Shown: positions 13,483 through 27,284, counted from the first letter of the stretch. The stretch is 64,000 nucleotides of DNA from Octopus sinensis (GCF_006345805.1 NC_043001.1:69130001-69194000); one strand, 5' to 3'. Numbers and translations are program-made. The notes: generated by a model not told the origin, from the letters alone.

Positions 13483-16400
13483 TCACACACACACACACAC
13501 ATATATACATATATATATTCGTCTATTAAATGAGCTGTATTTCGTGCTTAAATACCATATCACTTGCAGATCTTTATTTTAAATTGCGTTCGTTTCATCA
13601 TGAATATTTCAAATAAAATATAAAACAACAGTCCATAATTCCTATGTAATGGTGCGGTATGATGCTTCTTTTATTATATTGTCTCTACTGATTTGTACAA
13701 CTATTTGTTTTGGCTCATGTAGTCTATAAATCTCTTATATCATACAGATTTTTAGTTATTTTCACTACATCCTGTGTTATTTAGATGATACTTGTTATTG
13801 CTTTCGCTGTCGTCGTCAATCCGATGATGATGTTATTTTATTTCACAATTATTCTTATTGAAAATGGACACAATTCTTGTTATGTTACAGACGCTTGAGT
13901 TTTGATTGTTTATTGAAGCTTTTGTCTCCTTAGATCAGACATCATCAAACATTGTTTCAGTATATGTGCAGGCGTCCAAACGACCAGAAGTGGCTGTCTC
14001 GGTTCTTTTAGTTTTCTACTTCCATTAAGATTGCGCACATCGGAGAACCGCACTACAAACTTCTTGTATACTGATAAATCTTATGGTGTCCAATACATCA
14101 CTTTCAAAATGTTGCAATCGTCCTATTAGCCCATCTTATTTCTGCACGTTCACCAGTTTTGTAACTGGCCTCTCGACGGAAATAGTCAATATGGGCTCAG
14201 TCGTATCGTTATAATTTTTGTTCACAGTCACTTATTGAGTAAAAAGTTGTGTAGATTTCAGAGTTTGTGTGTCTGCATATCCATATATTGTTTTCTGAGA
14301 TAGTTTAGTTATATACATTAGGATGTTTGTGTCATCGCGAAGTGTTTAAAGGTTAAATATGGTGTGTTAATAATCTCTGCTTTTGATATTTTTTTCTCAT
14401 CTTAGTATTTTTATTTGAACTTTCGACAGTTTAAAGCGCTCGATGTTACGCTACTTTGTTTAGTTTTTAATTTATTACGGTATATTTTAGAGAGTTGACA
14501 GGATGCAAGCTGGTACACATAGAAGACACATATATCCTGATAAATATAATATATTCTTTGAACTCTATTGTAGTCACTACTTGGCGCACAAATGAGGGAA
14601 CTGTGACTGCCCTGTTTATTCGTTGCTTGATGTGATTTACTGCCTTCTATGTGAACTGTGCAGTTTTTGATTTATTTTATGTTCTCTGGTATTGATAGTT
14701 AAAAGAGGGACAGTGGACTTGGTAGACCCTGTTTTAAGTCTGTTGTGAAACAGGTTTCTTGGTATTTTATGTTGAACTTGAGTATTTTGCTGCTATGTAT
14801 GGCAAACAGTGATAAAATGTGAATAGACTCTCTGTAAAAGCCTGGGTGTATTATTTGCCCTAGTTTAGTAGTTTGTCAAGGTAAATGTCGAAACAGTTGT
14901 GCAGATACTGCAGAGTAATTGAATATATGCCTACCGTAGCCTTTTGTGTAATTGCATAGTAGGATGGATTTACGCTATTCAGTTACATTTAAAGTTAGAA
15001 TAATGACGAGGTAAACTTCTCTTTTCATTTTTTTTTGGCTGATGATATAAGGATGTGTAATAGACTCTAATCCTTGTTCTTATGTTCATCACAGTACAAA
15101 GTCAACTCAGAAAGAGAGGTGATAATAAACTAGAATTTGAAAATCAATATATAATGATTAAATGTCAAAATGCTTCACTTCATCGACAGGAAATATTTTT
15201 CTTATATATCATCAAGAACAAATGTGCATATATTCCTACGTGCATCTGTGCGATTATCACGACCATTTGACGAGTGTTCATTAATCTGTATTAACTCCTT
15301 TGATATTCTAACTTATGATAGCTTTAATCTCTGAGTATTGAACCCAAACACCCCTGCTCAAACTGATTTCCCAGGAGATATAATTCGATTTATGCATTCG
15401 CCTTGAATCGGATATTACACACTATTACAAGGCACACAAATATACAGACACATTCACGTACACACATGCACTCATTTATTCACGTACATACATATACACA
15501 TACATACGTACGTCCGTACGTTCGTCCATCCATCCATCCATCCATCCATCCATCCATACGTACATACATACATGCATACGTGCAAGCTTTCCTTTATTTT
15601 AGATTTCATAAAAGTGGGAAAAGTCAAAATAAATCTGCCAGATGTATAGCAATTTTGCAATTGGGTAGTAGGTAGTAGATGTTAGACATTTAACCAATGA
15701 GATTTACTAATACTTCTACATTTTCTAGTTGTAAACACAAAGCCAGTTTGGTGATTTGATTGGACATATTTTATTATCTTCATACACTATGTTGAGTATA
15801 CTTTTATGTTCTATCTAAATATGATAATGTGTGCCTAGTATACAACACATAACATAATATTACTCACCGCCAGTAGACATAAGTTAATCTCTATCAAACG
15901 CTATTAATGATGTAAATAGGAAACTAAATGGAGGGCTAAAACCAGAAAACTGGTACAGATTAAAAGAAATAATCACTTATCTATTGAACCTCACTGTATG
16001 TATGCATTACTTGCACACTACATATTTTGTACGGACGAACATTCTAAACATTTAGATACAAGCATACTCTCTGCTGGTATCTTTCACCTATCACTTTTAA
16101 CTTAAAGCTTACCATGTAATATAGCGAGCGAGGTTTTCTTTACCGTATTGAAGAGTAAAGCATAGAATATACTCTTCGAAGATAGGCCATCTTAGAATCG
16201 CCTTTATATTTCTTTATTTTCGTTTTACTATTTAAAATATACGCTAATATTTTGGCTTATTAAAAGTTCAAATGATTCATACGGTTATCACGAGAATATT
16301 TGTGAAAATGTGCATTTTCAAACATATTTTAATATGTATTAAACAAAACATACAATTTATTATGTAATCAATAAATAGTTGTTTAGAATTCTAAAATGAA

Positions 16401-18388
16401 TAACATTAATTATCTTCACTTTTTGTTGTCAACCCACAATATTAATATTTATATTAATATATCGAGGATAAAAGCTTACTTTATTTTTAGTACAGTACCC
16501 TATCATTGTCATTGGCAAATATCAAAATATATAAAGTAATAAAGTATATTCAAATATATCGTATACGTTATCAATACACCTTTAGTAAGATATTTGTCAA
16601 ATATGACAGTGTTATTGTTAAAAAGGTTTCTCGATGAAAGTTGATAATAACAGGATTAGGAAGTAAATAAAAATGCCAATATAACAAGGAAAATAAGAAA
16701 ATTATATTTATCACTCTCAAAGTTAGAGCTAAAATAATGTTGTAGAAATCTTATATAAATGATGGAGTGAACAGCAAATCGTCACAATTTATGAATATTT
16801 AAGCATTCAGAAAGCAGAATGAACTTTTAAATACAAAAGACAAAGAAAACAACTAAATAGAGACGCTATTGCAGTAAGAAAGTAGAAACGCTGTTGGTCA
16901 ATTCAGAAAACTTCAAACTGTTTCACGACACATTATTAGATATATACAAAACATAAATACTCTAACTCGTGTCAAATGATTTAGAAAGTAAATCTTATAA
17001 AGTAGAACAAATTCAGGAGCTTCAATCGTATGTATATAGACACACGTATCGTATCATCTGTATTGATTATGAGTAAAATATCACTCATACATACGCACAC
17101 ACCCAAACTTGTATATACAGAGAGAAAGACAGAAAGAGAAAATAGAGAGAGTCCTTAGGCTATATGAGAGACAGCGTCGCCTAGTCGCGTACACCAGCCT
17201 AAAATTATGGCTTGAATCGGAACATCATATTGCCTGTGTAGTAATTTATTTCCTTTTATATTTCAGACGGGAGGTTATATAAAATATATTATTGCATGTT
17301 ATATGGTAATTTATATCGCATATCAGATTTACTATTTTCATTTTTTTCCAATTTTACTGGCCCAACATTTAGAATTGTTAGTAGAATTTTACCAACATCA
17401 TTTGGTAATTAATCTCGATTAATATAAATTCAGATATGTTGTGTTATTTCCCTTATTGTCCACATATATCAAAAAGACAGGCATATACTCTTCTCAGTAT
17501 ATTCTACTGAGTTCCACAACATATCGTAGGTAATCGAAAGTTCAATGTTTCGCGCTCCCAAGTAGTTTCATTCGGCTATGGGAAATATTAAAATATTAAA
17601 ATACCAAATATAATTCGTTGAAAATTTGAGGAGATTTCTGTTGTATGCTTGATAATTTGTTTATAGGTTATATCTACATTGAATGACTTGTATTTGAATA
17701 CTGACATGAGGTGTGGGTAAGCCGGAAGTGTATTTGAGTAGAGACAGGGCAATAAACTATGTAAAGAAAAAGGCTATGTATTTATGATTATAAAAATAGA
17801 GATAGATAATTTCAATTTTTGTTTATAAATTGGTAGGGTAGTGTATGGATTTTTGCAGGATTTGAATCTGTGGAACAAAAAATCTCACAATAACCATAAC
17901 TATTGTCTCTATACCCAAAACTCGCTGGTTTAGGTGATCCGTAAAAAGAAGGAACTTTATGCACCGGATATTTTATTTCAGAAAAACGCTCTTTAATTCA
18001 GGTACATAAGCTGGTGTTTTAAAATATATTATTGCACTATGAAAATATATTGTATTTTAAATTATAATACTACTTATAAGAACTCAAATGCCAAGTTCGT
18101 TTATAAAATGAGTTTCATAACACATGGATATGTTAATTATATCCGTGTTTGTTGATCTATTTAGCTAAGGAATTTCAATTCAGTTAACGAAACAGCGAAA
18201 ATAAACAATCTACATCATTGCAAGTATTAGCAGTTAAGTTGGAGTTAGGTTACTTTAGCTTTGATAAGGCAAGTAATTGAGCATAGTATGATATAGGGAA
18301 GCTAGGGATTGTACTAGTATATCTGTTATATATTTTGTGTAATCTCTCCTCTTTTTTATATACACACATATATACACACACACGCATA

Positions 18389-18471
<83 letters not shown>

Positions 18472-18678
18472 ATGTGTGTGTGTGTGTGTGCGTCACACAT
18501 ATAAATGGGAGTGAGTAGACAGACGAAAGAAGGGCACTTAACACATTTATTGAGAGTTATATGTATGAAAACATGCTCTGAATTTGAATCAGACTGTTTC
18601 ATATATTTGGTCCTACGTTAGAATCCCTCAGAGTATGTTGAGTATAGCAAAAACAATTGATACGCACGTAGAGTCTAC

Positions 18679-18824
18679 TGGAAAAGTTATTAACCACAAC
18701 GATCGTTTCGACACATCCTGATACCTCCCTGCGGATGGGAAATTTTGTAATTCATTGTATAATTTTCCACCTGTGGGGAAGCGATGCAGGATGTTTCGAA
18801 ACGATCGTTCTGGTAAAGTTTCCA
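18679..18824. repeat. Imperfect rod-like inverted repeat, about 145 nt
   Basis: aacgatcgtttcga(c)acatcctg (18698-18720) pairs with caggatgt(t)tcgaaacgatcgtt (18787-18809); further pairing inside (ggaaatt/aattttcc) and outside (acca/tggt, tggaaa/tttcca). Confidence 0.85.
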
Positions 18825-18865
18825 ATATAGTCAATTTTCCGTATCCATTGTTTCAACTATATATT

Positions 18866-18938
<73 letters not shown>

Positions 18939-19657
18939 ATACATATATTATTACCGTTGCTCACGATAATTTTCTTTTAAACGGAGTAGGAAGTTTAAAG
19001 GAACGCACACAAGCTAATGTAGTGAATATTGTTATTTTCAACAGAAGATCCCAGAGCATGCTGGTCATACAAAGGGGGAAATGAATTGGTATTGAAATAT
19101 ACATTACTGACTGATGTATTCAATGGAAAGGTAAACCTATTACTCATGTTCATTGCATTGCTCTTGTTTATCTTTATTGTGAGTTTCTGGTGATTTGGAG
19201 CTATGGCTCTGATTTAGCAAGTGGTATTATTTACCCTACTAGGTTTAAATTTAGCTTATATTGTTCCCGTGACTGTGTGAACTAGCTAGCGACCTTATTA
19301 TTACCTTATTAATGCCATCAATAATAGTAATAACACACCTTTATTTAAAATAGACAAACGTGTATGACCTTGAGAAAGAGAACCACTCTACATAAAGAGC
19401 AAAACCGTTTCCCGCAATACAGCAAATTCCTCTCAGTGAACATATAGAAAAATGTGCCGATAACATCAAACCAAATTTCACAGTCTTCCCCTTCTACCAG
19501 TGCAAACACACAATCTCTCCACTAGAACTTTTAAATAAAGAAACGCTTTTCATTGAAAAATACAGAACACGCCTTAATATGCACGCATAACCAACTTTTA
19601 TCTTTTTACATATTTCAATTCACGATTACATCACTGAACATAAATCCACTCGTCAAA

Positions 19658-20247
19658 CAGATGTTTTTCCTAGAGGTAAGACACTTTTTTTTCATGTTTG
19701 TTGCACACACGCATCTTTACTAGTACATACGCAGTGAAGCTATACATTAGCGTCGTATTTATTACGTTCGCTATTTTCCAGTAGATATCGGTTCTTCGTT
19801 GTACCATTTATTTACTTTTATGTATAATTTTACCCTCACGGGCTATCCGTTACTGGAAAGCAATAGTCTCGTATTGCATTACTATTTTCATTGAAACTTC
19901 TTCACTGTTCTCGTTCTGTTAACGTTGTGGCGTTCAGACGAGTGTACTTGCATTGATGTGGCAACTTTTGAAATATTGTCGAGGTTTATGCAGCTGATGA
20001 GGATAAATCAAATATACGTTCGGCAAGCGTATTTTGAAAAATCCGAAACCCGTACTGCATTATCCATTATCTAGGTTTTTCATTTTTCAGATGTTTTTCC
20101 TAGAGGTAAGACAATTTTTTTTCATGTTTGTTGCACACACGCACCTCTACTAGTACATATGCAGTGAAGCTATACATTAGCGTCGTATTTATTACGTTCG
20201 CTATTTTCCAGTAGATATCGGTGCTTCGTTGTACCATTTATTTACTT
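19658..20247 (+). mobile_element. Partial-tandem element: 160-bp direct repeats 430 bp apart enclosing an HHR (PLE pseudo-LTR or retrozyme-like)
   Basis: 19658-19817 equals 20088-20247 apart from a few substitutions; HHR lies in the spacer. Confidence 0.85.
19988..20060 (+). ncRNA. Type I hammerhead ribozyme with extended stem II
   Basis: Stem I atgcag/ctgcat (6 bp); CTGATGA 19994-20000; stem II ggat/atcc plus tcaaa/tttga and atacg/cgtat; GAAA 20045-20048; stem III acccgt; GUA cleavage after 20054. Confidence 0.88.
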
Positions 20248-20266
20248 ATATATATATATATATATA

Positions 20267-20771
20267 TCTATATATATAAAACTCTAGTTGTGTGAGTGTC
20301 TGTCCCCTTCGATTTAGATTCCTAAATCCTCCCACATTTTGCGGTGCAGTTTAACCAAAACCGGGTATCTTATAGTCGTGATTCATATCGAGCCCGTCTG
20401 ACTATTAGCGCGCGTCAACGATGAGTCTACGATTTAAAAAATAATTTAACATCATTTTTTATTCCATTTTAATGCATAAAATGCATCGTGTGTCGATGGC
20501 GGTGGAGTTGGCGTCCACGCTCACAGCTGCACTTGTTTGCTTCTCCCCCTTCCCTCCCTCGTGAAGCTGTGGGGAAGGGAGTGTAAAGAAATCAACGTCG
20601 TAATGCGTTGTGAAGGAAACCAGCGTTCTTTTAGAACAACGACTTCATGGCTTGAAAACACCAAAACAAAAATGGCTAAGAAAGCCTGAATTTATAAGGG
20701 AAGTAACTCTCTAAAAATGCTTATATAGTTATTTACCTTACAAACCCGAGTAACGCCGGGCGATACTGCTA

Positions 20772-20772
<1 letters not shown>
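20267..20772 (+). mobile_element. Non-autonomous Helitron, 506 bp
   Basis: Starts TC (tctatatatataaaa) after A; ends with hairpin cccg-agtaacgc-cggg (20745-20760) and CTAG (20769-20772) before T; A|T insertion without TSD. Confidence 0.85.
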
Positions 20773-20810
<38 letters not shown>

Positions 20811-21845
20811 TATATATATATACATATATACATACATGGATGCAAACAATTATTTGTGTGTGCATGTGTGTGTATGTGTGTGCGCGCGGGCGCGCGTGTA
20901 TGAGCACCTGATGTAGGAAGTCTTCTGTATAAGCCACACTCAACTGCATTTCATTTTTTTCTTGAAATAGTCTCACTGCTATCGATTCCGACGACAATCT
21001 CCGCAACAAGTTGTTCTCTCCTCTCCATATTATCCTCTGCTCACCATTCACAACACTTTCTTCCAAATAATAAAGAGAGAAATTTTAAAATTAAAATTGT
21101 CAAATGTATAATTGATTTAGTTACTATTCTCTTCATTTAATATTTAACTTCGCGCAGTTATTTTCATTAAGAAACAGTTTTTGTGGAATATTTTTGTGCA
21201 TTTGAGTATGTGTGAACCTGTTTCTGGATATATGTCTACGTCTATCTGGATGTGCGTTCTGTTGCGGGTGTTAAGTAGTACCATGTGCATATGTGATGAA
21301 ACAGGGCATGGTTTAAGCAATGTGTGCGTATATATATTGGGGGCTGTATGGGAGATTCATGTGTATGGGATGCGCGTGTGCGGAGCGTGTGTGGGTGTGT
21401 GTCTGAGTATGTAGTGGAGAATGATTTGTTCTGTCGATTTTATCCATTGTTTATCCATAGGTATGTGTATGCATGTACATGATCAGGCGCGCATGACTGC
21501 TTATGTATATGTTTAATTTTCTGTCTATGTTATATTGAAGAGTCTACATGTGCAAGATTTTCCAATCTTGATGTTTGAAGTGTTTTCATGTGTGTGACAC
21601 TGATATGATGTATGTGTGTGGTCCACCATTCTTTCAGTGGATGTAATTTTCTGTCTGATTGCCTTTCTTACCTTCTACGTTTGTGCACTTTATTGTACGC
21701 ATGCCCTTCACCTCTGGTTTTATACATCAATACCTATATGTATATTCGTATAGGTACACACGCACACACACATATACATTCATATATATATATATATGTA
21801 TACATATATAGATAGATATCCATATCTATATATCTATATCTATTG

Positions 21846-21901
<56 letters not shown>

Positions 21902-22743
21902 ATATCTATCTATCTATCTATCTATTTGTTTGCTTGTTATCAGTCGTAAGACACTTGTTGTTTTCACCGTTAATGCTTCTGTATTTCATGTTTCTGTATT
22001 CCATTATTGTTTTTTGTTTTTTTTTATATCTGTCCCTTTTGCTGTCCTGGTGTTCGTATGCATTCGATCCTTCTTCCAGGAAATCTACGCTTCCAGCTTA
22101 GTTTTTCTTGGAGGGCTGGCCGTGATCTAGTAATCTCAAGATTAATCAGCCGAAATTACTACGATGATCCGGTTCTTGACTGAAGACTGAGGGGTTCGAA
22201 TGTCCTGTCCATGTTTATTGTATCGTCTTCTATGAGTTATACGTTCTTGTCGATGTTGTATTTTTCTACATACCTTAATATATATATATATATATATATA
22301 TAACATGTATGGTATGTATATGTATATGTATGTGTACGTTATATGTATGCATATTATGTGTGTGTGTGTGCATTATATATATATGCATTATATGTATGTG
22401 CATTGTGTATATGTATATTATATGTATGTGTGTTGTATATATATGTATACACATATATATACATTATATGTATATATATGTATATATTGTGTATGTGTAT
22501 GTTATGTGTATATGTGTTATATGTATGTATATATATATTATATGTATATATTGTGTATATATGTTATATATATATTGTGTATATATGTTATATATATATA
22601 TATTGTGTATATATGTTATATATATGTATTGTGTATGTGTATTATATATGCTGTGTATGTGTATTATATGTATATATGTGTGTGTATGTGTGTGGTGTAT
22701 GTGTGTTTGTAATGTATATATGTGTGTGGTATGTATATGTATG

Positions 22744-22783
<40 letters not shown>

Positions 22784-23381
22784 GTAGTGTGTATGTATGG
22801 CCCGCACACACGCGTAGACACATGTATACATGTATATACACACACAAAGACGCGTAAACCCACACCGTTTGTACGCACACGCACAAGCACATACTCAATA
22901 CCAACACACGCAAAACGCATATACACGCATGCCACACAGATACACACAACAGACATGAACACACATACGAACAAACACATACACACTAACGCACACGCAA
23001 CACACTAATATACATTAACCACACACATACACACACACACAAACGGCCACACATATACACACACCATCCTACCCCAAAAATTCTTTCAATAACACACATC
23101 TATTTACATCACCCTGGAACCAATCAAAAACAGCCCCCCCCACACACAAACACATGTATACATATATATGCACACACACAAGGACACACACACTCACACC
23201 AATCTCACCTCCATACAAACACACATATACACATGCAGCACCATGCCAAATGCCATCCACACACATACATACATACACACACAACACTAAGACAACCACA
23301 CATGCGGTTGACAAACGGACACACCATCCTACCAGATATTACAGACACACAGACACATCTATTCACACCACATATGTATGA

Positions 23382-23418
<37 letters not shown>

Positions 23419-24097
23419 GAGACGTACACTCACCCCATCCTGACCCCAAAATCATTGATGCTTGAAGGAGAGACAAAAAAGAAAAAGGGTAAATTCTTTT
23501 CAGTTCCACATTACTCCTCCTAAAACGGACAGGTCAATTTTAACTTCACCACTATTATAATGTAAATCTTTTTGAACTCATAATATTCTATACGTATATA
23601 CTGAACTTTTTTAATAATTCCTCCTGGAAATTATCTTGAGATGTATAATATATTTGTTGTAATCTTTTGTGCCCATTATTTCAATGAGCTTGTTAAACTT
23701 TTTTATATTATCAACATACTCTTGTCACCAAAGCATGTATATTTATATGGATTGTAGTACTCTGTGTCAACCAATATTCTGTGCATGTTTGAATATACAG
23801 ATACAATACCAATACCAATATCAATTCCTTCTGGAAACTATCTTAAGCATGTCCTTGAGAAGGATGATTTATGTAGTAATATTTTGTGCCCAATATTTTA
23901 AGGAACTCGTTGAACTTTTTTATGTCCTTAACATATCCCTGTTACCAAAGACTGTATATATGTAATGTAGCAATTTGCAGCAACCAATAAGTAACGCAAC
24001 AAAACTTCTACATGTTACTTTTGACAATCTTTTTCCAAAGAGTGAAACCGGTAAAGTAAATAAACATCTTTTAAATTGCATTTTCAAACCTTCTTTC

Positions 24098-24197
<100 letters not shown>

Positions 24198-24969
24198 GTA
24201 TATGTAATGGTCTCTTTCTCTCACATACCCCATTTGCTATTATATTTCACTCTATTTCGCACTTCATCCTCACATATACAGACAATCACACAATCAATTA
24301 CAAACACATATATTCTTATTCTCTCTCTCCCTCTACCCCCACTCTTTCTATCTACCTACCGCGCCTTCCCTCTCTCATTTTCATCTATATCTATGCTATT
24401 GTGCTTTCATATTTTTTTTTAGTTTAAACGTTCATTTTGTATTTTCTTCCTCTTTAACCTCTTTCATCCCTCACATTCCCCACACAATCACCTTTATGTT
24501 TTCTTTCCTCTCTGCCTCAAGCATTCATTCTCTCCACTTCCTTTTCTGTCCTTCTCTCTCGTCTCCTCTCAGTTTAAACATGCATTTAGACTCTGGAAAT
24601 TTCCATTCTTTGCAAACCTTAGAAACAATTTTTCTGTCCACCCATTTTCACATACTCTGATAATAATCTACACTCTACATTCTACTTCTTTTTCTCCTAC
24701 GTCTCTTTTTCATTGTTTTCGTTGTCCTTCTTGTCTCCCTCTCCACGCACACACACACACTCTCTCTCACTCGCTCTCTTCATCAAAACAACTCTCACCA
24801 TATTTTTGCGGGTTTTCTTTCGTTTCCGCTTGTTTTCATTTTTAGGTTCATTTTAATAATTTTAAAATTTAATTCTGTTTCTAAATTTAACATCATTGAA
24901 AGATTAGAGAACGAACAACTGGTTCTATAGAAATAGCCAAACCAATAATGAAGAAATTCAAAAATAGTT

Positions 24970-25115
24970 GTGGCTGTGTGGAAATAGTTTTGCTTCCCAT
25001 GGGTCGCAGTTCAGTCATACAGCGTCGCATTTTAGGCAACTTTCTTCTGCAAGAACCTCAGGATGACGACAGTCGTATGACTGGATTTGGTAGAGGGAAA
25101 GTGGAAGAAGCTCGT
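24970..25115 (+). mobile_element. Degenerate SINE family 1 head and central domain
   Basis: tggctgtgtgg..ttgcttcc..gttcagtc..ggatttggtagagggaaagtggaagaagctcgtc. Confidence 0.65.
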
Positions 25116-25154
25116 CATGTGTGTGTGTATATATATATGTGTGTGTGTGTGTGC

Positions 25155-25243
<89 letters not shown>

Positions 25244-25247
<4 letters not shown>

Positions 25248-26483
25248 GTCATCCCATAACTTCTGTCCGATTTTACCTTTTTTAAAATTAAATGAAATTT
25301 AATAGTAATTTAGGATGTCTAACGGAATTGAAAATTACTTGTATGCAGTTGTGTACATTTAAACTCATTAAATATTATTTTACAGAATAATCCAATTAAA
25401 ATTTCTAACATGGAGGTATCCAAAGAGCATTTGAGGCACATAATGCTTTATGAGAATAAAAAAAGAAACTCTGCAGTCGAAGAGACTCGAAACATACACT
25501 CAGTTTATGGGAAAGAATGCTTGAATGAAAAAACATGCAGGAGAGGGTTTGCTAAATTCAGAATTGGAGATTTCAGCCTTGAAGATGAAGATCGAAGAGA
25601 AGGTGTAGTTTAGTTTGATGATAGGCTCCTTGAGGCATTACTTGCATTATCAGTTGAAAAATTGGCAATAAAGATTAGTTCAAAACATGCAACTATTCAT
25701 CGTTATCTTCAACAACTGGGAAAGTTCCTAAACTTGGAAAATGTGTGCCTCGTGAATTGTCCGAAAGCAACCGCAAATCCTGAGTTGACATCTGCTCTTC
25801 TCTCCATTCTCACGAACTTATTTCACCCTTTTTGGATAGACATGTAACTGGTGACGAAAATTGATCTTCTATCAAAATGTTAAACGTCGTAAACCGTGGT
25901 CCGGCAAAAGGGAAAATGCTGAACCACAACAGAGAAAAAACTTCATGAGAAAATGTTTTCTTCTCTCTATTTGGTGGGATTGCAAAGGTGTAATTCACTT
26001 TGTATGATTACCATCTAATGCGACAACCACTGATTATGTCTACTGTCAGCAATTAGAGCGTTTGAACCAAGCCCCGCTTTAGTGAATCGAAAAGGTGTGC
26101 TGTTTCATCAGGACAATCCACGACCACACACTGCAAAGATCACATCACAGAATATCGAAGAGCTTGGTTGGGAAAAAAGTTCCTCATCCACCTTATTCTT
26201 CCGACTTTGCTCCTTCAGACTACCATTTGTTTTGTAGTTTACAGAATCATTTGGGGGGGCGTAACTTTCGCAAGCCAGGAGGAGGTCGAAACAGACGTTT
26301 CAGAGTTCTTCGCTTTGAAACCAAAAGAGTTTTACATTGATGGGATTAAAAAGCTTGTAAATAGACGGAAGGAAGTCACAGATAATCAGGTAAAGTACAA
26401 TGATTATTAAATTTCAATTAAATAACATTTGATCACTTGTTTTCTTTATTCCAAATTTGGACAGAACTTATGGGATGACCTGA
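25244..26483 (+). mobile_element. Full-length decayed mariner (DD34D) transposon, 1240 bp
   Basis: 25-bp TIRs tcaggtcatcccataa(c/g)ttctgtcc with TA on both sides. Frameshifted transposase: MEVSKEHLRHIMLYE (25410), TGDEN..LYQNVKRRKPW, WWDCKGVIHF, HQDNPRPH, PHPPYSSDFAPSDYHLF. Confidence 0.93.
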
Positions 26484-26495
26484 TATATATATATA

Positions 26496-26537
<42 letters not shown>

Positions 26538-26748
26538 TATGTGTGTGTGTGTGTGTGTATGCATGTGTGTGTGTGTATGCATGTGTGTGTGTGAGGGTAT
26601 GCGTGGTTGTGTGTTTGTGTATGTGAATTCTTGTTTGTGATAGGCCCCCATAACTACTTGATGACTGGCGTTGGTGTGTTTTGTCGACTAAAGTTCATCA
26701 AGGCGAAGTCCTGGCGTGACCGCAGTCAAATAAATATATATAGATATA

Positions 26749-26974
26749 CCCGAGCAAGCACATAAATGTGAAACAAGTTGGAAGAAAGAGTACTCAAATA
26801 CCAGACGTAGGGTAATATGCTTTATTTTAAAGCAGCAGAAATATAACAAAAGCTATTACTTAGAGTTTCACGTTCCCGTTCGTCGGTGAGTTTTGTTAAA
26901 AAGAATCTGTCCGACGACGGGAACGTGAAACTCTGAGTAACAGCTTTTGTTATATTTCTGCTGCTTTAAAATAA
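26749..26974. mobile_element. Family B element: head-to-head inverted duplication of HHR plus tail
   Basis: Arms 26822-26886 and 26911-26974 are near-perfect reverse complements with a 24-nt spacer; left end homologous to 2565-2618. Confidence 0.85.
26907..26943 (+). ncRNA. Minimal type I HHR variant (core CCGACGA)
   Basis: ctgt-CCGACGA-cg-ggaa-cg-t-GAAA-ctctgag-TA-acag; cleavage after 26939; U4 replaced by C. Confidence 0.6.
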
Positions 26975-27003
26975 TTATATATGTACATATATAACATATA
27001 TAT

Positions 27004-27067
<64 letters not shown>

Positions 27068-27284
27068 ATTTTGATTCCAAGAAAATTAGAGGTTGTGAAT
27101 CCAACCAACTAAGGGATAATATCTATCCAATATACTGCTGGTAGAATACCCAACTGTTAATACACAAGTGTTTTTTATTGCATTGCAATTACATTACCGA
27201 TTGTACTAAATTGGTGAACGTTAAGAGATATTTTAGATATGTTTGAGCGGAAATATATATGTATATTTATATGTGTGTGTGTAT

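Noticed and set aside
22170-22215. CTGAAGA..ttcgaatgtcc in a repeat-like segment
   Set aside because: Stem II does not pair and GAAA is incomplete.
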